39,721 nt of DNA from Trypethelium eluteriae (lineage: Eukaryota): assembly GCA_051942245.1 (NCBI GenBank), contig JAVECL010000174.1:1-39721 (forward strand), read 5' to 3'. Below, in pieces: positions 10,532-20,366 of this stretch. Below the pieces are notes generated by a model. It saw only the letters and a list, made by a program, of their open reading frames with translations, did not search any database and was not told the DNA's origin. How positions within the stretch are numbered: position 1 is the first letter of the stretch; each line of letters opens with the position of its first letter. The position numbers and the translations under genes are program-made.

Positions 10532-12883
10532 TATGCTAAGACTGGGAAATCATAGAGGAGTCTGGTTTTGACACCCGAGTTCGAAGCTAAGATAGTGCAT
10601 TAGAAATTTCATAGATTTGAGTATTGAGGAGTATATTCCGCACTCTGACACCCGGAAATGTCCCAGGTAAGTAATCGAGATCATGTGCGTTTGATAGTGA
10701 CCGCGGCAGGCTGCCATGACAAGCACTGCAGTGAAGCTATTCAGCTGCACAGGCATTTCAAGTGCCCCATCAAATCTTCACCCAGACTAAGGCTGATCGC
10801 AGACTACAATGCTATTCCTTGCATGCACACCAAGCTCTGCAGCATCGTCGATTCAGAAGGCAACATTTATATTCCCCTCCTGCATGAGATGCCCGCTGGG
10901 TAATCAGAATGGCTGCCAACATCTTGAGAAGAGACGGTGACAAAGATACTCGACGGCCGCCGGTATGGCCGGTGTTGCCCTGACGTGAATTTGAGGTACT
11001 CTAAGAAGCCGGCAGAGTGATTTCCCAACGCTATCAATGAGAGACGAGAATGACAGCGACTTCGAATAGCCCGGCAGCTTCCGTTACGATGCGGAAAATA
11101 CATCCTTGCTATGTGCAGACATGTAGATTCTCCGACCACTCAATGCCGCCAGGTCAAGGAGTGGAAGCAAAGAGTGAGCGCAAAATTGTGGTCTCGCATT
11201 TTCAAGCCCGAAGCAGGGTGCCCCTCGGATGAAGCGCCACACGACTAATCCCCACCATCTGCACGGGCGTACCACCTACGCCCTACCCCTTTTAGCGGGT
11301 TGGCCGCTACGGCGCTCTTTGCCTAGACTAGCGTTTTCGTAGCCCTGTTCCGGCACATCCCGCAAGCTTAACGTGTCCCAACCCAGGTTTTTGTGTGGAT
11401 TGTACAATGTAACCCCACCCCAATCTTCTCAGGGACTCATAATTTGTGCTTCATGACTTCAAAAACGTAACAGATGACTGCTTCATTCGGTCCCACTAGC
11501 GGACTTGAGCCGGGGCATGCGAATCAAAGGGAGTTTAGACTGAGATCGAAATCGTCTTCCGTCGGCCGGACCACAAGTGAAAACCTACATCAAGAGAATG
11601 GTCTTGCATGTTTGCATTTTGAAGTTTATTGTTTGCGAAGCTTCAGAGAAAGGGATGTCTGAAGTCCCAGAAGGTTTCCACGAGCAGCTCTTTCTTTTCT
11701 GAATGGAGTGGAAGGACATTGTGAACTGCTCTCCGATGCGGCAGCTAGTAACGAAGAGGTGGGTACAAAAAAGAAAAAACCAAGCACCAAGCACTGCACT
11801 CTTCTCTGTGAAGTCTATGGAGAAGTTAACGTGCATGTCCACATCAATCGGCCTGTGCATGAGGCAATCAGAACCATGCAGCAATGCCTCGACACTGCGT
11901 GAGTACCCTCGTTTGCAGACAGCTTAACGATACATAGATAAACTCACTCTGTAACTATTCCAACCGCATATCCGCGAGCCGTCTCGAATATATCGCATAG
12001 CTCACCATCGGCAGTCAGCGACATGGAATACTCTACTCAACCCCGCATGTAGACGATGCAACTTCGTTGTCTGTGCCGCGACTATGCATGATCGCCGGCC
12101 CTTCACTCATGAACGCTGTGCTCAGGTGCTCAGAAGAATCCTTCGTAGTCTACCCGCGCCACCCAGCTACATATCCGAACTTACCTTAAAAATCCGACAA
12201 GATTTCAACTTTTTGCAACTAAAATTTGAGTTTCCTCCTCGAGACAAAATCCAGTATCCCGATTAGGTACGTTATCATCTTGTGGAGATCATTCATCATC
12301 TGAGACTTCGCCCTTGTGGTAGGATGGACCAGACACTTCTGAGCACCAGCATGGATAGCGCTGTCGTAACATCGCGTAAAGCAACGGTACGGCACGGCTC
12401 ATGCTAAGGACTCGCTTGTACGGTAAGGATATTTCGAACAGGCAGGCTTCCGCGCCATCCGTGCTCACTCTTTCACCACATCGGCGAGGAGCCTGGTCAC
12501 TTACAAACAAGCAAACAGCTGATTGAAAGTCTCCTGGTCATGTGGTGGATGCGAATCTGTCGCCCGAAGCTGAGATATGGACGGACGATGACATCAATCT
12601 CATTTCAAAGGGCCAATCATAAGAAAGATTGCGCCCCTCGTCCGTGGATGTTTGTTATCATCCAGCCGCATTAGGGATATGCAAACCTGCAAATATCGCC
12701 CGAAGTGCAGTCGATCGTCAATATGCGTCTTCACGAGTTTGTTACAAAGTCAGGTAGCTCGACATAGACCGGCCTCTACATAGGGTTATAACGCAGATCT
12801 GCAACGCGTGTATCAACGAGCTTCGCACACCGCCTAGACCAATTAAGACCAGCTGATTGATTTGTTCGACCTACCGGGGCCTA

Positions 12884-12954
12884 CCAATATGGCTCAAAGG
12901 TGTTACTATGCTCTACTGAAATGGTGAATGCCCAGGGGTTTGGCAAATATAAAA
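12884..12954 (+). promoter_or_regulatory. Core promoter of the precursor gene: CCAAT (12884-12888) and TATAAAA (12948-12954)
   Basis: The TATA-like box is about 80 nt upstream of an ATG in strong context (ATCAAAATG). Confidence 0.5.
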
Positions 12955-13032
12955 TTGTCTGAGCTACTTCATTGAGAGATACACTATCTTACTCCATCCC
13001 GTGATCTATTCGTTTCAAAAACAATCATCAAA

Positions 13033-13647
13033 ATGCAACTCAAAGTCTACGCCGCCCTCGTTCTCGGACTTCCTGCATTCAGCGCAGCGCTTCCTCATTT
13101 CTGTATGTATCTGAACCAAGGTCTTCGTGATGCTTATCCTCACCTTGAATTTCTAACAAACTTAGTGAATGATCGCGGCATCGAGGTTGGCAACGTTTTC
13201 ACTCGTCCTAGTGCTGCCAAAGATGGCTATGAAGGTGATAGAAGCACGATTGAGAAGCGAGAAATCGGCACGGGCAACTTTTTAATTCGCTCCAATGGAG
13301 CTACTCAGGATGATCACGAGACTCCTGGCACTGAGACCGAAAAGTGCGACTACTCGGGTATCGAGGGCCGTGGATTGGAAGTTGGCAATGTTCTTGGTCG
13401 TCCTAGTGAGACCACTGGAGACGGGTATGAGACTCCCAATAGCGAGATGAAGAAGCGTGGCTTAACGGTGGGAAATGTTTTCACTCGCCCTAGCGCGACC
13501 GCTGAGGAAGGGTATGAAACCGATGAGATAGATACGACTGCTGCCTGGTTTCTTTTTGATAAGGTCTACTTCGAAGAGCCCCAGCATAGCTTAGGTCGTC
13601 ATCATATAGCGACAAATCTAGCTGTCCTTCGACAACAAACACTGTGA
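13033..13647 (+). CDS. Secreted Kex2-processed repeat protein (KEP); candidate RiPP precursor peptide, about 183 aa; exons 13033-13102, 13166-13647
   Basis: Signal peptide MQLKVYAALVLGLPAFSAA. In-frame 63-nt intron GTATGT..CTAAC..TTAG (13103-13165). Four repeats, GIEVGNVFTRPS..DGYE / EIGTGNFLIRSN..DDHE / GLEVGNVLGRPS..DGYE / GLTVGNVFTRPS..EGYE, preceded by DR, KR, GR and KKR. Flanked by two DUF3328 genes. Confidence 0.88.
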   Translation: MQLKVYAALVLGLPAFSAALPHFCMYLNQGLRDAYPHLEFLTNLVNDRGIEVGNVFTRPSAAKDGYEGDRSTIEKREIGTGNFLIRSNGATQDDHETPGTETEKCDYSGIEGRGLEVGNVLGRPSETTGDGYETPNSEMKKRGLTVGNVFTRPSATAEEGYETDEIDTTAAWFLFDKVYFEEPQHSLGRHHIATNLAVLRQQTL

Positions 13648-14228
13648 TAGTGCAGGTTGCGTGAGTTGTGTAGATATATCCAAGGCCTGCGTGATGTGTC
13701 CTGGGATCGTTTCCGAGTGTTGTTCGGCAGGATGAGTCAATCGAGAGGAGCGGGTGGAAGGGTGATTTGGTGTGTGAGAAAAGAAGTAATAATAGGTGAT
13801 GCAGAAGGCTTACTGTAAGAACTAAGGGCCACATGATTTTAGATAAATGATTTTTTGCTGAGGTAAATACAATTGTTGATGATGTCTGAATGATCAATGA
13901 ATAGAGATTCCCCATTACCCGATCCTCCTGCCTGCACGTTCGTATTGATATCCATTGCCTCCTTCCCACGCTACACTACATTACAATAGGCATACGGCAA
14001 AGACCCACGGCCATCTTCACCACAATACTAGAGTGTAAGAATCATTTATGGAAAATCGGGAAGCAAAGCAGTAATACTGTGTTTGAGCATCTCCAACTCT
14101 GTTTCATTTATTGAATACGTTGCTCTCGTACGAGCTAATGAGAATCTGCCCTGACTATTTTGGAAGTAGGCTCCAAAAGTAGCCCAGAGACCTCTTCACT
14201 CTCCAAAAAAAATCTAAAGAGCGATTAT

Positions 14229-15193
14229 TTATCGATTTGGTATCATAGGAGATATCCACGACTCAGGTTCAAACTCTTCGACCTCGAGATTGTCAGCAAG
14301 ATACTTCCTGACGCTTTCAATGTAAGGACTGCCCTCTGGACAGAATCGATATCTGTTCACACGTGGATAGTCTCCATGAGTTGGATGTACAAAACGATAA
14401 CAGGCAGAATTTTCAATGGCCCAACGCTCCATCTTGTCCCAAGATCTACAATTCCTCATCTGACCGTTACCGGACACAGGACTCTCATCTAATGTCGTGT
14501 AGCGAGGAGTATCATCGGCTTCACACTGGATTGTCTGGAGAAGGCCATCAAGGCAATGCGTAACATGGTCAAAGAGCCACGTCTGTGGCAGACCCCGATT
14601 GAACTCGACAAGAGATTGGCGAACGATTTTCTAGGCAAAAATCAGTGCTAACACCTTCAAGACAGTACATCAACCCACTATGCAGTGAACATTATGGTAG
14701 GCAGTCAAGAGATAGATGCCTTTTTTCTGATCCCAGGGAAATCGCTGGGATTTTGGCAGGCCCGTTGCGGCGACATATTGGTCTGATAGTGCCACCATGC
14801 CAATAGACTCGTCAAGAGCTTGCCAGGCCATGTCTTCTTGTGTGGAGTTGTTGGGCTTATAGAAAGGCGAAGCGTGATGATATGGCTTTGGAATATCTCG
14901 CACCAGATTTGCTAAGCAGTTTAAGTTCCTGATATAGATAAATGACTTGAGTCGAGGATGATACCATAACGTGTAGTCATCGAACCAGATAATTTTTCGA
15001 TCTTGCTGCTTTGATGAATGATTCTGGCTAAGAATGTCATGTTGCAGATGGCCGAGATAATGAATGCAGTCACGCAGAGCAAGAGATATCTATGAGAATA
15101 TCTTGTTTGTTTCCCATCATAGCTTTTCGTGTATTGATCTTGATGAATGGTCTCAGAGGGGAGCAGATTATATTCGCTTGTATTGAATCTCAT
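14229..15193 (-). CDS. DUF3328 / UstYa-family oxidase, second subtype, about 287 aa; exons 15193-14965, 14911-14679, 14630-14229
   Basis: The spliced model is phase-consistent (864 nt). It has a TM helix, RYANLVRD, GLPKSQRFPWDQKKGIYLLTAYHNVHCI, HVTHCLDGLLQTIQCEADDTPRY, RNCRSWDKMERWA..NSACY and FCPEGSPY, including two HxxHC motifs. Confidence 0.93.
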
Positions 15194-16269
15194 GTCTAGC
15201 TTCGTGTCTAGTAGCTTTGACAAGATGATGGATATAGAGTGGAATGTGATCGATGTTCTCAGTAGATTAGAGCAACAACGGTCATTCAGCGTAGCGACCT
15301 TGTTGGCACTCTTTTTGTTTACGGAACGGGAAGACTTCACCGCCTCAGCACCATCCGTAGACTTTGACGCATTTGCCGAAGCAGCTGAAAGCACATCTGC
15401 GTTGTAACATGGTTTGACCTTGTTTATAGGCAACAGCTTTCAACCAAATGTCACCGCTCCTACAGCACCGATCGCTCATCACATCGCTTGCTTAAATTGT
15501 CAGCAAGAAGTAATGTCAGAACGCGGCACAGCGAAGGTCATCAAGTTTAGGGTTCGGTACGAAGCCCGTGCCTCACTGGCTTTCCAAGGGGGAGTAATGC
15601 GCTGTCTTGGACACAAGATGGTGTGGTGCTTGATATAAGGTAGAATTTGCAGCCTATGGGAAGATGCGGGCCGTTCCCAGCTTGGCAACACCTTCTATCG
15701 GCAGACTTGACTTCCCACAGCGAGATCAATTCCTCAATTGGTAATGGAAGTCGTCGATTCTGAGTTGTAGCTTGTTATCCGTGCCGCTTGTCGGCGTATA
15801 CTTTGGTCTGACCTGTGGACGTAGCCAGGTTCCGCCATGGGTCAAACCCTGCTTGGCTTGGCGCCACACTACAGTACGCTATGCCCTTGCTGCAGACGCA
15901 ATAACAATTAATAAGACGTTCTTGCCTTCGCATGCAGACAAAAGAGCAGCCTCTCACAGCGAGTGTGCAGCCGCGTTGAGCTTGTAAAGCTCCCGAGCTT
16001 CCTTCAAGTCAGGGTATGGCCGAACCTTTGCCTTGGAGGCTTGGCTCGATGATCTTTACCCTACCATCAGGCTGACAAAGTCCCCTAATTGATCAGCGTT
16101 GGAGTGCTCGTTGTTACGTATGCGTCGAGCTCTAAACTATCCGAGAATTCGAGTAGTGCGTTCGGTCCCTCACCATTAAGCTCCAAAGTTACAACCTTAC
16201 GACTTCTCACGAGCCGAGAGACGCATGTTTCTCGTCCTTGTAGACCTGACGTAGTTAAAGGGATTGAAG

Positions 16270-16710
16270 ATGGTATCCTTCATACTCTTCCACTGCCTTC
16301 TAGCTCTAAATGGGCGATCGCTATTGAACTGCATTTAAAGAGCGAGGCGCTGCGTGAGAATGGCTCCGAGCTGGCAGGAAAACACCCACATAAAGATCCC
16401 ATTCTCGGCTTGGACTTGATACTCGAAGATATACAAGTGAACAAAGAAGAAATACATCTCTGAGCATTGCAACAACATTTCGAGAAATGTGGGAAAACGT
16501 ACGAATAACTTCGGCGAGATCGGACTCGCATGATGCATACGGTGGAAGCAAAGATGGCACACCACATCGCCACGAATTTTCAGACATCTTGTCTTCAGCC
16601 CATAAGATATGGATTTCTCCCAACACGAGACTTCTTTGGCCGCGGAGTCCTAGCTGTTGATGGTCCCTTTGAGGGGGGCACTCTCGATCAATTATCAAGC
16701 CAATTTTAAG
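16270..16710 (+). pseudogene. N-terminal fragment of a CYP52-clan-like cytochrome P450 (decayed)
   Basis: Reads HPHKDPILGLDL...L*ALQQHFEKCGKTYE*...MHTVEAK...IATNF...FFGRGVLAVDGPF, then after a frameshift HSRSIIKPI. This follows the CYP52-type YPHxDPxLGLD...GxGIFTxDGxxWxHSRxxIKPxF pattern. Stops at 16461 and 16506. No heme-binding FxxGxxxC region was found downstream. Confidence 0.72.
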
Positions 16711-17238
16711 TCAATCGATGATCATCTAAAGAAGATGCTGGGCTCTGGAGATAACGTAGAGTAGTAGGGCCGTCCGGCTGAAATATGTGGCCACTATGCA
16801 TACACAGAGGAGCTCTGATCGATCACAGCTGTACTGCTTACTCCGTACCCGTAGAGAGGCACAAATCAAGCTTGGGAAGAGGTATCAAGGTAACTCCGTA
16901 TTCCGTACAATCCAAACCACTGTTGGGGTGGCTTATGGGGGCGGAGGAGGGAGAAAACGGCCGATACCTCTAGCACCGGCGCTAGAAAGAGCGGCACGGA
17001 CCGGCCTGCAGTTGATACCCGGTCGTGCCGCTCTCGAATTGACCTTCTCGACTTACAGGCGCGTCAAATACTTCTGTCGCAGACCCACATCAGCTCTGTG
17101 TACTGCCGTGCTCATGGCTGCCTGCTCTAGTGCAGGTTCAGCCTCGTCAGTGGGCAACTTGATATACTGGATCGGACTTGTGCGACATGAAAGCGCAAGC
17201 CTGTTTGTCGTTTCTCATCAGCTCTGGATTCCGACAAC

Positions 17239-19234
17239 ATGACCATATCTCGGTACAGAAGACTACAAGCACTAATTGGGATCCATTCGTTCTGGTTATT
17301 GTGTTCGCTTTGCTTGTTGGCTAGACTGTGCATCGCTGCAGAGCCGACTGTCTACAATGATCAGACGAAGATTACTTATCAGGGGAAGTTAAAGGACTCT
17401 GTCGAGCATTTTCAAAATATCAAATTTGCCCAAGATACTTCCGGATCTCGTCGATTCGCTGCGCCCGAGCCTTTCCTCCCTCCCGCGAACACTGTCGTCG
17501 ATGCTACCAATCCTGGGCCTGCATGCCCACAACTGACCAGTGCACTTCCACCTTTTTTCTCCGAAGTCGATCGAATCAGCGAGGACTGCTTGAACCTTTA
17601 CATCGCACGACCAGCGGGATTAGATATAACATTGAAAAATGATCTACCAGTGGTAGTATGGATTCATGGTGGTGGAGTCGTCAAAGGCTCGGCTTACGAC
17701 GGCCACACGGTACCCGAGAAGATGTTGGGTCTTGCTCAAACAGACGGAAAGTCAGTCATCTACGTTGCAATCAACTATCGTCTGACAATTTTCGGTTTCC
17801 CCCGATCAAAGACATTGAAAGACAACAAATCGTTGAACCTGGGAATGCGTGATCAACGCATGGGATTGCAATGGGTCAAAGACAACATAAGAGCATTTGG
17901 AGGAGACCCTGAGCGCATAACTGTATACGGCTTGAGTGCAGGTGGCACATTCACATCTTTACAGCAGATGGCGTTCGGTGGCAAGGAAGGCGCTCCTTTT
18001 CAACAGGCTTGGATGATGTCTGGTCCTCCAGGAACCGCGATCAATACGACTAGTGACGCGACCGAGATACATACTCGTGCTGTTGCTGAATTAGTTGGAT
18101 GTCAGACTGATTCTGACGCTGAAATGGTGGCTTGTTTGCGTGAAGTACCGATGCAGAAACTCCTTGATTCTACAATGCAGTACTCGGCCACGGTTCACCC
18201 ACCAACTGGCCTCTTCACTTTCATACCGTCTATCGACGATGACTTCCTGCCGGATCAGCCGTCTAAACTGTTCCGTAATGGTAGATTTGTAAAAGGTGAG
18301 ACATTCGTCTGTGAACATTGTTTTCTTGCTAATTATTGGACCAGGCATCAATTCTGTTTTTGGTTGGACCCAAGACGATGGGGCATTAAATGCCGGACCT
18401 GGACATTCAATCAGGAGTGAAGAAGATATGATGACGCCAATCAAGAACTTCGCTCACGCGCTCACTCCCGAGCACTATGCGAGACTCTTCTCCTTGTATC
18501 CTGCCGCTGACTTCGAAGAAGACGTGAGGAACTATGAAGCGCGGAAGGGCCAAGACGATCCCGATATCTCAGTTCATTTCTTTCGTGTATCCCGCATTCT
18601 GAGAGATCTGCTTTTCACCTGCTCGTCCATTGACTTCGGCCATCACATCATCAAATATAGCCCCCCAGACTTTGATGGCGTCCGACTATACGACTTGAAC
18701 CAGAGTGTTCTTGGGCCTTTGTGGAAGGGAGCTGGTATGCCGTATATTGGTGTCTCACATGGATCTGACACAAACTACATCTTTAATGGCGTTTTTCCTG
18801 AAGGGGAAATGACTCAGGAGGATACTAGGTTGTCGCAAGAGTTTACGCGAAACTTCATCAACTTTGCTCATACGGGCAATCCCACACCGGAGGAAACATC
18901 CATCGAATGGCCGCCAGCGTACAAATTCGTCAATATCGACCGAGACACAGGATCAGAACCCTCAGGCTTCAACCTTCTCATCGTCGGAGGTCCTTTGGGC
19001 ACCCAATCGGTCTCTGTCCCTTCATCTCTGGATTCCACTCAGCAGGAATCCCTAGATAGAGATGATGATGAAAGTGGTTACGTGGGGAAGATACAGGAGG
19101 TACTCGCTGACTTTGTGGGTTATGGGAAGATGGATCCCGCTGCAACCTCCTCATTGCAGAGGAATATTGAGGATCAAAAGTTGCTACAACGATGCACATT
19201 CATCAATAGTCTATCAAAAGTGCTTGGAAACTAA
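17239..19234 (+). CDS. Secreted type-B carboxylesterase/lipase (COesterase family); exons 17239-18295, 18345-19234
   Basis: Signal region, SEDCLNLYI, oxyanion WIHGGG, INYRL, NLGMRDQ, FGGDPERITVYGLSAGG (catalytic Ser), GWTQDDG (acid) and SHGSD (His). Intron GTGAGA..CTAAT..CAG (18296-18344) restores the frame. Confidence 0.93.
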
Positions 19235-19429
19235 GCGGGGAGACTGTTAGCCCCGCAAGCCATTCGCATACTTAATCATTGGTCCAACATCATTGTGGAA
19301 GTCCCCCAGTTAAGCCTTTAGCCGCACAATGAGATCATTGAGGTCTTGATTCCATGATGTCTTTTTTCGGGATGATACTCGTATTGGAGAGCTAATTGGG
19401 ATTGACACAAAACCGTGCATCAAACCTGT

Positions 19430-20366
19430 CTAATGTATCCTCTGCGCTCCTTCCTGACGGTCGTCTTTATGCCTATTGTCTTCTTTAGCGGCCAGCTCAT
19501 GGAGAGATTCCGTAGGAAGCTCGTGCCATGTTTTGCCTCTCGCATCTACACCGACCAGTTCCGGGGGAGATATTCGCTTCAACAGTCCTTCCAATACGTC
19601 AATCCGTTCGCTGATTCCCGCTGTCGACTGTTGTTGCGTCACTTCTTTTTTTCTTTTCCCCTTGTGTTCTCGCCAGATCAAAATTCCAACTGATGCCAAC
19701 AATAGAAATCCAAGAGGCAATCCTACGGCAAGGCCGATAGTGGTACGTGGGTACGTAAAATTTCCAGCAGTTGGAGATAAAGAGGAAGGTGCCGCGGAGG
19801 CTTGCCCTATTGCAGTGGATGGAGTGCCACTCATTGAAGCTGACCCAGAAGAGGTAGGGCTTTCGCTATTATGCTGGAGCAGATCTCCCCAAGGGCCGGT
19901 TTTGAAGATACTGCTTGTGTCATTACAGCATTCATCGCCGTAAGTCGAGTCTTCGCAGCACCAGCCTGATTCGTGTGGACATACGACAAGGTTAGAGAAG
20001 GTCTGCTGGTTTGCTAAAGAAATCAAGATCAGCAAATACCAGCAGATGTTATATGAAAGCCTAACGCAGGGGATAGTTGAACGGCTTACTGTCTTGACAA
20101 GGTATGTTTGCACATGCGCTTGTCCCCCAACTTGGATCCGTACAGCCGCCGCGGTAATACATGCCCGCGTGACCAATACATAGACCAGTGGTCGTACAAG
20201 CGTCTCCAGGTGTGCAACAAGCAGAGCCTTCAACGCTTGAGATATTGCAAGGTATATCTGCTATAGTATTGTACGTTGCATTAGACCGATCAGGGTAGTA
20301 GCAGGTCTGTCAAATTACCAATAAAGGGAGCAGTATGGGAAGAAGTAGTATAAGAACATCTTCCAT
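19430..20366 (-). pseudogene. Cys-rich / Ser-Thr-rich single-pass membrane protein (Mid2-like architecture) with an in-frame TGA at codon 19; exons 20366-20090, 20013-19430
   Basis: MEDVLILLLPILLPLLVI*QTCYYPD..IPC..SACC..DAC..LC..YYRGGCTDPSW..AC. Intron 20014-20089, then WCC..CC, an S/T stalk, TM IGLAVGLPLGFLLLASVGILIW and a basic stop-transfer stretch. The TGA is at 20310-20312. Confidence 0.75.

Noticed and set aside
13033..13647. Precursor as an alpha-factor-type mating pheromone
   Set aside because: It lacks the WC/GQPC-type mature pheromone sequence and the regular X-A/X-P Ste13 dipeptide spacers after KR. The DUF3328 flanking favours a RiPP.
15194..15433. Upstream extension of the 170-aa ORF over the second DUF3328 gene
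   Set aside because: Met at 15193 gives the typical short cytosolic N-terminus plus TM. The extension has no recognisable features.
15775..15957. Cys-rich minus-strand stretch (CYCVCSKGIAYCSV) resembling a MYND finger
   Set aside because: Ligand spacing is incomplete and there is no supporting gene structure.
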